49,461 bases of DNA, from positions 1 through 49,461 of the forward strand of contig JBBRBK010000007.1 of the NCBI GenBank assembly GCA_038205935.1, read 5' to 3'. Positions 37,922 through 45,986 of this stretch are shown here, piece after piece. Position 1 is the first letter of the stretch; each line of letters opens with the position of its first letter. Position numbers and translations under genes: made by a program. Under the pieces are notes generated by a model. It made no database searches and had not been told where the DNA came from. It saw only the letters and a list, made by a program, of their open reading frames with translations. The DNA comes from Campylobacterales bacterium. Lineage in GTDB: Bacteria > Campylobacterota > Campylobacteria > Campylobacterales > Sulfurimonadaceae.

Positions 37922-39144
37922 TCTTTATCCTTAGCATCTTGAAGTGTTTTCAAAAATGCCTTAATGTTTTTTGCAGCCTGACGGATACGTTTATCATTTT
38001 CTATAAGAGCGATACGGACGTAATTTTCCCCATATTCACCAAAACCAATTCCCGGTGCTACAGCAACATGTGCTTCTTTAAGCAGCTGTTTTGAAAACTC
38101 CAAAGAACCCAAATGAATAGCACAATCAGGTATCTTAGCCCATACAAACATACTTGCCTGATTTCTTCTCATCGGCCAGCCAGCTTTATTGAACGCTTCA
38201 AGTAATACACTTTGGCGATGATCATATTTTTTTACAATATCTAAAACACACTGCTGATCACCGTTTAATGCGACAGTAGCGGCTACTTGGATAGGTGTAA
38301 ACATCCCATAATCAAGCCATGATTTTATCTTCTGAAGTGCGCCGATAAGTTTTTTATTTCCTACGAAATAACCAACACGCCATCCAGCCATATTGTAGCT
38401 TTTTGAAAGTGTAAAGCTCTCTACTGCTACGTCTTTAGCCCCAGGAACACTCATGATTGAAGGTGTAACATAACCATCAAACGTGATATCTCCATAAGCG
38501 ATATCAGAGATTACATAGAAACGCTCTTTTTTTGCCATAGCAACAAGTCTTACATAAAAATCTTGTGTTACTGTCGCTGTTGTTGGGTTATGAGGAAAGT
38601 TTACAAGAACAAATTTTGGTCTTGGAGAATTCTCTTTAAACACACGCTCTAAGTCTTCAAAAAATTTATCTTCATCAACTTTATAATCTTCATCATACGC
38701 AAGCCCGAACTTGACGACATTTCCGCCAGCTAAGATAAAGGCATAAGAGTGGATAGGATAAGTAGGATCTGGAACAACTGCAACGTCACCTGGATTTGTG
38801 ATAGCATATGCTAAGTGAGCATATCCTTCTTTACTTCCCATAGTTGCGACACACTCAGTTTGTGGATCAAGATCAACTCCATAGCGGCGTTTGTACCAGT
38901 CAGCTATAGCTTGAAGAAGTTTTGGAATCCCTTTAGATACAGAATATCCTTGGGTTTTGTTTTTTTTGGCAGATTCAATAAGTTTTTCTCTAATATGTGC
39001 AGGAGTGTCCCCATCGGGATTTCCCATACTAAAGTCTATAACGTCCGCACCAGCGCGACGCTCTTTCATTTTCAATTCATTCACTTCCGCAAAAACATAT
39101 TTTGGAAGTCTATCCATTCTATCAAATTTTATTTCATCAAACAT
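37918..39144 (-). CDS. PLP-dependent class I aminotransferase (AlaC/YfdZ-like)
   Basis: LPKYVF, MGNPD, GSKEG, NFPHNPT, SKSYNMAGWRVG. Confidence 0.88.
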   Translation of the reverse strand: MFDEIKFDRMDRLPKYVFAEVNELKMKERRAGADVIDFSMGNPDGDTPAHIREKLIESAKKNKTQGYSVSKGIPKLLQAIADWYKRRYGVDLDPQTECVATMGSKEGYAHLAYAITNPGDVAVVPDPTYPIHSYAFILAGGNVVKFGLAYDEDYKVDEDKFFEDLERVFKENSPRPKFVLVNFPHNPTTATVTQDFYVRLVAMAKKERFYVISDIAYGDITFDGYVTPSIMSVPGAKDVAVESFTLSKSYNMAGWRVGYFVGNKKLIGALQKIKSWLDYGMFTPIQVAATVALNGDQQCVLDIVKKYDHRQSVLLEAFNKAGWPMRRNQASMFVWAKIPDCAIHLGSLEFSKQLLKEAHVAVAPGIGFGEYGENYVRIALIENDKRIRQAAKNIKAFLKTLQDAKDKE

Positions 39145-39220
39145 TTGTGTTATCCTGCCTAAATAAAGTGCAGAATTTTAACATAAATATCTCTATAAAT
39201 TCTTTAGCATCCCTTGAAAA

Positions 39221-40045
39221 TTATCTGGATGCTTGCGCCTCAATGTTGAAACCATTTTTAATATTGTTTAAAGAATAAAGATCAGATATTTTCATATAGA
39301 CCGTATCTGATGGAAGATCAACAGAAACTTGAGATGTTTTACTATCTATTTTTTGCACTTTTAAGAGATGTAAATTTTGATCATAAAATGCAATTGAAGG
39401 GTACCAACTATTCGCACGATTTGAATCAATACTTACTTTGCTTACCGTGGAGACATCAACCCATTTTTCACTCATATCTCTCTCGGAAGTGATATTTGTA
39501 GCCAAATCAAGTTTAGCAACGCTCAAATGTGCCCTGTTCATATCTATCTCATAACTCCAAGAAGCTGGATTTGCTGTTTGGATATCTATGATATGACATC
39601 CTGATTTTGCAAGTTCTGCGTCTAAAACTATTGGATCGAGTACAGAATCTCCACTATACTCTATGCTCCACAAAAACTCAGACCCTGCGATATGAGATTC
39701 TTTTGTCATATATTTGTAGTAGCCAATATTTCTAAGTGCATCAGACATGATCTTCACCAAAAATATCGGAGAACCTTTTGTAGAAAAACTTAAAGTGATA
39801 TCTTGTGATGTTTTTAAAGAAAGATTCACAAGTTTATTGTTTTGGAGCGCTTGCATCACTTTGATGACATCAACACTGCTTCCATTATAATAATTGCTCT
39901 TTTGCTTGAAAATAACATCTATAAGACCTTTGTTCGCGTTATAGCTTCTTGCTCCCAAAATAGAGTTTAGAGATGAGTCTAACGACGTGCTATCTGCAAA
40001 AAGGGAAAAACAAACGAATAAAAGGGCAATAAATAACTTTACCAA
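39221..40045 (-). CDS. Conserved exported hypothetical protein
   Basis: Signal peptide, 274 aa; syntenic position between the aminotransferase and the rlmB cluster. Confidence 0.75.
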   Translation of the reverse strand: MVKLFIALLFVCFSLFADSTSLDSSLNSILGARSYNANKGLIDVIFKQKSNYYNGSSVDVIKVMQALQNNKLVNLSLKTSQDITLSFSTKGSPIFLVKIMSDALRNIGYYKYMTKESHIAGSEFLWSIEYSGDSVLDPIVLDAELAKSGCHIIDIQTANPASWSYEIDMNRAHLSVAKLDLATNITSERDMSEKWVDVSTVSKVSIDSNRANSWYPSIAFYDQNLHLLKVQKIDSKTSQVSVDLPSDTVYMKISDLYSLNNIKNGFNIEAQASR

Positions 40046-40884
40046 GCTTTACCCTTATTTAAATCTTTAAAACCTTGACGAGTAAGCTCAGTCAATTCTC
40101 CGTTTTCAAATTTAAAATATTTTTTACCGCTTTGACTAAACTCTTTAATCTCAGATCCCAAATCTATTTTCATAAATGCATGGCCAGTTTCTATAAGATA
40201 ATTTTTTGAAGCATTCAAATCAAAGCTTTTATTGATCGTTGCCTGAGCTTCTCTTGAACTCTCTTGATCTATATAATCAAGCCAAAGTGTTTTACTTGGA
40301 ATAATCTCAAATTTTGTGGCTTTGCCTGTAGCAGTTTGAGGCACAGTCGGAGTAGCTTGAACTACAGTTGCAACCTTTTGGGGAGCAACAGAGATGTTTG
40401 TATCGGTGGTATTTGTTTCCACAGTGCTATTTACTTCAGAGCTATTCGTTTCATTGGCATCAACCATCGAGGCATTTTTATCAAGATTTGCTTTTGCTGT
40501 TTCTATCTCTGTATTGTTCGTTTCTGCCGTTTCGCTTCCGCTGTGTGTAAGACTTGATATAATCAAATATCCAAGGACAAGGGTAACTAAAAGTGCAGAA
40601 AGAATCATTTTTTTATCAAACTTTCCATACCCTTTTGTGTCTATTTTGATATACTCAACTATCTCTTCATCTTTAGCTCTATGCTGCTCATATTCAGCTA
40701 AAATATCTTGAAGATCAAGTTTATATTCGCGTTCTAAGATCGAAATAAAACCTCGAAACTGGACTTTTGGTATTTTATCAAATGATTTATTGAAAATATA
40801 CTCAATATTAGCAACCGCAATATGCGTTTTTTCATATATCTTTTGCGCACCGATCTTTTTTAACTTATCAAAATCTTCACTCAT
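40039..40884 (-). CDS. RodZ-like membrane protein
   Basis: N-terminal HTH-like region (GFISILEREY), one TM helix, Thr/Asn-rich linker, beta-rich C-domain. Confidence 0.65.
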   Translation of the reverse strand: MSEDFDKLKKIGAQKIYEKTHIAVANIEYIFNKSFDKIPKVQFRGFISILEREYKLDLQDILAEYEQHRAKDEEIVEYIKIDTKGYGKFDKKMILSALLVTLVLGYLIISSLTHSGSETAETNNTEIETAKANLDKNASMVDANETNSSEVNSTVETNTTDTNISVAPQKVATVVQATPTVPQTATGKATKFEIIPSKTLWLDYIDQESSREAQATINKSFDLNASKNYLIETGHAFMKIDLGSEIKEFSQSGKKYFKFENGELTELTRQGFKDLNKGKAW

Positions 40885-41561
40885 ACCCGCATCCTGTCCA
40901 TTAGTATTGCTCCCGCTACACTGACATTTAAAGAATCAAATCCGTTTTCCATTTTTATGGAAACTTTTTCATCCAATCTTGAAAGCGCTTTTAGAGGTAA
41001 GCCTTCACCCTCGCTTCCAAGAATGATCGCACGTTTGCCTGCAGGTTTTATGTTTCGAATATCTTCGCCATCCATCACAGCGCCATAAATGGTAAATCCA
41101 GACATTTTCAAATCATTGATCACATCATAAAGATTTGTCACGACCGTAAAAGGCATATCACAAAGAGCGCCGCTAGAACTTCTCATAATAGGTTCCATAG
41201 CAAGCTGTTTAACACCAGTAGCGACGATTCCATCGACTCCAAAAGCATAGGCACTTCGTACAATAGCACCGATATTTCCAACATCAGTGACAGATGAAAG
41301 GACGACTACAAAATCTTTATTTAAAAAAGCTTTGAAGGGTGCGAGGGTAAAATCTTCTATCTCAGCTAACATGCCTTGATGGTTAGAACTTTTACACATC
41401 TTGTCAGCAGCATCGCTTGGAATGCGCTTTACTTCAAAATCGTACTTCATCAGTTTTGAGTACTCTTTTTTATCTACTTCTTTTGCAAGATAGAGTTTAG
41501 AAACAAGTTTGGGATGATTTTGCAATATATAATATATTGGCTGTTTTCCATAAATTAACAT
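40881..41561 (-). CDS. rlmB: 23S rRNA 2'-O-methyltransferase RlmB/TrmH family
   Basis: NHQG, NIGAIVRSA, GSEGEG, SLNVSVA. Confidence 0.9.
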   Translation of the reverse strand: MLIYGKQPIYYILQNHPKLVSKLYLAKEVDKKEYSKLMKYDFEVKRIPSDAADKMCKSSNHQGMLAEIEDFTLAPFKAFLNKDFVVVLSSVTDVGNIGAIVRSAYAFGVDGIVATGVKQLAMEPIMRSSSGALCDMPFTVVTNLYDVINDLKMSGFTIYGAVMDGEDIRNIKPAGKRAIILGSEGEGLPLKALSRLDEKVSIKMENGFDSLNVSVAGAILMDRMRV

Positions 41562-41567
41562 AGTGAA

Positions 41568-41573
41568 ATTCTA
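41568..41573 (-). promoter_or_regulatory. -10 box TAGAAT of a probably leaderless rlmB mRNA
   Basis: GGTTAGAAT-TTCACT-ATG; 6-nt spacing, no SD. Confidence 0.55.
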
Positions 41574-41591
41574 ACCAAAAAAACTTATATT

Positions 41592-41628
41592 TCAGTTTAG
41601 TTCAAGAAGTCTTTTATAACAGCTTTTT
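41592..41628 (-). repeat. Duplicate of the 3' end of rsmI
   Basis: 34/37 identical to 43716-43752; both encode KSCYKRLLELN*. Confidence 0.9.
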
Positions 41629-41666
41629 ATGTATATCTTTGAGCTTTAAAAATGAGGAAGATTTAG

Positions 41667-41724
41667 CAGATGAAGTACCTCGGAAGGCGACGACGTATAT
41701 CTTTCAAACTTGCAGTAATGTCAT
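41667..41724 (-). pseudogene. Second, decayed fragment of the lipase gene
   Basis: MTLLQV*KIYVVAFRGTSSA aligns with MALLQVGTTYVIAFRGTTSA (42713-42772). Confidence 0.8.
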
Positions 41725-41725
41725 T

Positions 41726-42382
41726 TTATTTTTCTCCTTGTTTTATATTTTGTATTGGTTCAGCCATTTGATCGAAATTGAGTTCGAACTCTTTTTGAGA
41801 GTTTGGAAAAAACATAGTTTGACTGCTATCATTGCAAAAATATCGTGTATAATCAGTAGAAATACGTTCAAAATTACAAGTTAAATTTAGTGGACTATAT
41901 ACGTTTTCTAAAACTGCCTGACCTAAAATGTCGTCAGTGGTAATACTTCTCGTTGTTACAAAATGTAAATAATACAAGCCTTTATTAGTATTTTTTAGGA
42001 TAGTTTCTATGCCTATTTCCCCTACTTGCCATTCACATCTACCAAACTTGTAACGGTCATTAAAAATATTAATCTCATAGTATCCATTAGACATTGATGC
42101 ATTTACATCTATGCCTTTGGCTTGTGCAAACCTTGCTCCCTCAAACCAATTATCGTTATCACACTTTGGATTGGTTGCGATATAGCGTACAAAAGCCTTT
42201 ATATAATACTTGTTAGAATCCAGTGGAAACTTCCCATAAATCCTCAGCTTCTCTTGCGGATTTGGATTTCTCTCTGGGGTTTTATTGGAGTTGTAGTACG
42301 CTGTTTCTATGTACCATTTTGCTAAAAACAACACTGGAACTGCTATAAGAATGTATTTGATAATTTTACGTTTATTCATCAC
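41726..42382 (-). CDS. Membrane-anchored hypothetical protein, putative immunity-like paralogue 2
   Basis: N-terminal TM helix; first ~53 aa nearly identical to 42929-43573, remainder diverged with conserved Cys spacing. Confidence 0.75.
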   Translation of the reverse strand: MMNKRKIIKYILIAVPVLFLAKWYIETAYYNSNKTPERNPNPQEKLRIYGKFPLDSNKYYIKAFVRYIATNPKCDNDNWFEGARFAQAKGIDVNASMSNGYYEINIFNDRYKFGRCEWQVGEIGIETILKNTNKGLYYLHFVTTRSITTDDILGQAVLENVYSPLNLTCNFERISTDYTRYFCNDSSQTMFFPNSQKEFELNFDQMAEPIQNIKQGEK

Positions 42383-42927
42383 GCCACTTCTCTCATCTGA
42401 TTTATTTGCCTTACATGTAAAGCATTATTTACTTGCGAATACCCTCTACCTATATTACTAGAGTTTCCTCCTGCTTGACTCATATTGCCTACACCGTAAG
42501 CGTTGTATGTCAGGGTTTCAAAGCCTGTTTCTGCCCCAAAGTATTGAGCCAATGAACCGCCTAGTGAGTGTCCTACTATTGTTGTGTTGTTTGTGGATAG
42601 TCCGTAAAGAGTTTCCCACATAGAGAGAGTTGTACTAGCGGATACAAACTGATCTGCAAGAGTAGAAGTTATGGTTGAAACGCCCATTTGGAGGTCGGTA
42701 CCTACATCCCCAGCAGATGTAGTACCTCGGAAGGCGATGACGTATGTGGTGCCGACTTGCAGTAATGCCATTTGTAGATCGGTGGATGGGTCTGTGCAGA
42801 ATGCTGAGACCGTATATAAACCACCAAAACCATCCGAAACTGTTTTTTTAGTACCTACATAAGAAGATAAATCATTATATACTTTATCAGACAGTCCTGC
42901 CCCTTGTTGTGCTGTAATAGTTCCCAT
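42379..42927 (-). pseudogene. Truncated class-3-like lipase (alpha/beta hydrolase) N-terminal domain
   Basis: AFRGT and GHSLGG nucleophile elbow, TYNAYG; ends soon after, with no evident catalytic Asp/His region. Confidence 0.7.
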
Positions 42928-42928
42928 T

Positions 42929-43573
42929 TTATTTTTTTCCTTTAAGTTTAATATTTACTTCTATGTCTTTTTGAGAATTTGAAATTTCATTGTAATCGCT
43001 CATATCATGTCTCAAGGATTCACTTTCCTTCATATCATCTAGATCGACCCTCAGGACAAAATACTGATTCATCTCCACTTCACACGTGTAAGGTTTGTTT
43101 TCAGATTTCAGCTCTGAACAATTAACTAAAACTTCATGCTTTGGAATATTTTTATTAACAAATTTAATAAAATTTATCTGAGTTGCTGCATATTTAAAAG
43201 ATAGCCCCACATATGAAGCTCTATAGTCACAAGCACCTCGTACAAAAGAGTCTAAATATACAATTGAGTTAAAAGTTCCATTTTTTACAGTTGCAGGGAA
43301 TGCTATTTTTCGTCTTTGCGGAAATTGTATTCCTGGAAGCCAATTTGTATCATCACATTTTCGATTATTATTAACATATGTGACAATAAAATCCAATTTT
43401 TCATCTTGCTCAAACGGAAACTTCCCATATATCCTCAACTTCTCTTTCGGATTTGGATTTATCTCTGGGGTTTTATTGGAGTTGTAGTACGCTGTTTCTA
43501 TGTGCCATTTTGCTAAAAACAACACTGGAACTGCTATAAGAATGTATTTGATAATTTTACGTTTGTTCATCAC
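42929..43573 (-). CDS. Membrane-anchored hypothetical protein, putative immunity-like paralogue 1
   Basis: Same architecture as paralogue 2; stop lies 1 nt before the lipase ATG. Confidence 0.75.
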   Translation of the reverse strand: MMNKRKIIKYILIAVPVLFLAKWHIETAYYNSNKTPEINPNPKEKLRIYGKFPFEQDEKLDFIVTYVNNNRKCDDTNWLPGIQFPQRRKIAFPATVKNGTFNSIVYLDSFVRGACDYRASYVGLSFKYAATQINFIKFVNKNIPKHEVLVNCSELKSENKPYTCEVEMNQYFVLRVDLDDMKESESLRHDMSDYNEISNSQKDIEVNIKLKGKK

Positions 43574-43715
43574 GTCACCTTTTTTATGTGTTCACAGAAC
43601 TAGAGAAGAAAATAAAAATATTTTAAAAGAAAAAATATTTAATATTATTATCGATAGTAGGTGATTATACTAAAAAGTAAGTGTGATTACAAAATAGAGT
43701 TAAAAAATAAAAAAA

Positions 43716-44531
43716 TTAGTTGAGTTCAAGAAGTCTTTTATAGCAGCTTTTTGGATTTTCGCCTGTTATTTTGGAGATGAGCTTTGATGCGGTTTTAATA
43801 GGGAGCTCAAGTTCTAGGACATCATTTTGGCTGATATTGGAGTTTATCGCTTCGCCAGCTTCGAGGACTACAACCCATTCGCCTTTGTAGTTGCCATCAA
43901 GTTTATCAAAAATCTCTTTAGCTGTTCCACTCACATAGCGCTGAAATTTTTTTGTCAGTTCTTTTGCCAAAAACATTTTTCTCGTTGGAACTTCTTTGAT
44001 GAGCTCTTCTAAAAGTTTATCAAGTCTGTGCGGAGATTCATAAAGAATGGTTGTATAACCGTTGTAAAGTGCTTTTTGCAAAGCTCTGTCACGGTCGGCA
44101 CCTTTATGCGGTAAAAAACCGAAAAATAGAAAGCTTGTCTCGACAAATCCACTTGCCACATAGGCGGTTAAGAGTGCATTTGCTCCGGGAAGGACATCAT
44201 ACTTCACGCCGTTTTCAATGCAGTAAGAAACAAGAGCCTGCCCTGGATCGCTGATACCGGGCATTCCTGCATCACTTGCATAAACAACATTCTTTTCAAA
44301 AAAGTCAGGTGTAAGGTTTTGAACAAAATGGTGTTCATTATGTGAATGAAGCGAAATAAAAGTTTGATCTTCTTTACATGGTAGGCTGTAACGCTCTTTA
44401 AGTATGTGGATGAGTTTTTTTGTTACGCGAGTATCTTCGCAAAGTAGAGTGTCGGCTTCACCCAAAGCTTGCATAGCTCTGAGTGTTATATCGCCAATGT
44501 TTCCAATCGGAGTTGGAACAAGAGTTAACAA
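43716..44531 (-). CDS. rsmI: 16S rRNA (cytidine1402-2'-O)-methyltransferase
   Basis: PTPIGN..DIT.RA, CEDTR, SDAGMPGISDPG, YESPHR, KELTK. Confidence 0.95.
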   Translation of the reverse strand: MLTLVPTPIGNIGDITLRAMQALGEADTLLCEDTRVTKKLIHILKERYSLPCKEDQTFISLHSHNEHHFVQNLTPDFFEKNVVYASDAGMPGISDPGQALVSYCIENGVKYDVLPGANALLTAYVASGFVETSFLFFGFLPHKGADRDRALQKALYNGYTTILYESPHRLDKLLEELIKEVPTRKMFLAKELTKKFQRYVSGTAKEIFDKLDGNYKGEWVVVLEAGEAINSNISQNDVLELELPIKTASKLISKITGENPKSCYKRLLELN

Positions 44532-44546
44532 GTGTTAAACTCTGAA

Positions 44547-44747
44547 TTAGTTCATGTTGTAACGTTTTTTGAATTTATCAATACGTCCAGCAGTATCAAC
44601 CATACGCTCAGAACCTGTAAAGAATGGGTGACATTCATTACAAATATCTATCATCATCTCAGATTTTTGACCTTTTGTCACGAATGTGTTGCCACATGAA
44701 CAAGTTACTGTACAATCAACTAAATTTGGGTGGATATCTTTTTTCAT
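44547..44747 (-). CDS. rpmE: 50S ribosomal protein L31 (four-Cys type)
   Basis: [29 protein letters not shown]. Confidence 0.97.
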   Translation of the reverse strand: MKKDIHPNLVDCTVTCSCGNTFVTKGQKSEMMIDICNECHPFFTGSERMVDTAGRIDKFKKRYNMN

Positions 44748-44761
44748 CTTATGTGCCTTTT

Positions 44762-44835
44762 GATACACGTTTGTGTGCGTATACCGATATATTTTTTAAA
44801 TCCGTATGGGAGCGGATTTTTGAAATCGAATTATA
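44762..44835 (-). promoter_or_regulatory. rpmE promoter (TATAAT) and two-hairpin 5' leader
   Basis: -10 at 44830-44835; stems AAATCCG/CGGATTT and GGTATACG/CGTGTATC. Confidence 0.5.
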
Positions 44836-44852
44836 TCTAAAATAATTTTCTA

Positions 44853-45530
44853 TTACAACAGCATCTTTGAAGCGACTGCCACAACGGCGGTCTCTGAGCG
44901 AAGCACCATTGGCGTATCAAGTCTGTAGACTTTTTGAGCGCTTAAAAGTTCTTTCTCTGCTTTTGAAAATCCGCCTTCACTGCCGATGAGAATTGTCTCA
45001 AATTTTTCATCACCGTTTAAAGCCGTATCGCAAAAATCAAATACTACGGTATCTGGATATTTTTTTACAAATTCACCAATGTTTTTTAAAGTCTCAAACT
45101 CCATCACATCGGTTCTTCCACATTGTGATGAAGAACTTTGAGTTATGCGAAGAAAGCGATTAAAATCTGGCTTGAAATTTTTCTGAGATCTGTCGCAGTA
45201 GATAAAACTGATCTTTTTCACGCCAAGTTCGTTAAGCATCGGAAGCACTTTTTCGACCGAGTTTGTGTCGATGACGCACCAGCCTACATGTAAAGGTTTT
45301 GCAGATTCTATCTTTTGTTCATAAGATTCTAAAAGCCTTACATGTAAGACTCTTGGATCGATGGAGATTATCTCGTACATATAAGCAGTTTCAAGATTTT
45401 CTGATGAGCGAAAAGTGAGAATATCGCCCTCTTGATGACGTCTTACTTTTACGAGATATTTATGCATTTCGCCTTTGATAGTTATCTCTTGGCGACCTGC
45501 ATCTTCGTGTGTGACGTAGATCAAAGCCAC
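44853..45530 (-). CDS. rsmE: 16S rRNA m3U1498 methyltransferase
   Basis: KVRR, LNELGV, QCGR, IGSEGGF, LRSETA. Confidence 0.92.
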   Translation of the reverse strand: MALIYVTHEDAGRQEITIKGEMHKYLVKVRRHQEGDILTFRSSENLETAYMYEIISIDPRVLHVRLLESYEQKIESAKPLHVGWCVIDTNSVEKVLPMLNELGVKKISFIYCDRSQKNFKPDFNRFLRITQSSSSQCGRTDVMEFETLKNIGEFVKKYPDTVVFDFCDTALNGDEKFETILIGSEGGFSKAEKELLSAQKVYRLDTPMVLRSETAVVAVASKMLL

Positions 45531-45925
45531 ATCCAGATAGAGATTGCCAAGATGATAAAAAATTCAACAAAAAGGATCTTCTTCGCATAATCTCTATACA
45601 AAGGGATCGCATGCGGAAGGTCTTTGAGATATTTGAGCGGTTTAACTCTTTTAACTTCTAAAACGATAAACGCAATGCCAATCACGATCATCGCGATATT
45701 TTCCAGAGTAAACTCTAAATGTTTTGCCGCCATCATGATCGTTCCCGTAAAGAGAATAAAACCCAAGATCACAGCACTTATTGGTGTCAAATATGCCATT
45801 TTTTTACGGTATGGCAAAACGCTTTTCGCTTGAAAAAGCAACAAAAAATTGAGTCCCATCAAAACCAAAAGCGCTATAACGCTAAAGTTGTGATAATCTA
45901 TAGTCATATTGTACATGTAATTCAT
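45521..45925 (-). CDS. Four-TM hypothetical membrane protein
   Basis: Hydrophobic helices; TAAAAT 6 nt before the ATG (possibly leaderless). Confidence 0.75.
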   Translation of the reverse strand: MNYMYNMTIDYHNFSVIALLVLMGLNFLLLFQAKSVLPYRKKMAYLTPISAVILGFILFTGTIMMAAKHLEFTLENIAMIVIGIAFIVLEVKRVKPLKYLKDLPHAIPLYRDYAKKILFVEFFIILAISIWMWL

Positions 45926-45986
45926 AAGCGAATTTTACTATAATATGTTTAAAAAAACGCGTTATTGGCAAGCAAGGATCATTATT

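Larger units (their letters stand above)
42225..43578. repeat. 163-bp direct repeat (42225-42387 and 43416-43578) covering the 5' ends of the two paralogues
   Basis: About 7 mismatches in 163 bp by manual alignment; similarity stops abruptly after GKFP. Confidence 0.9.
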
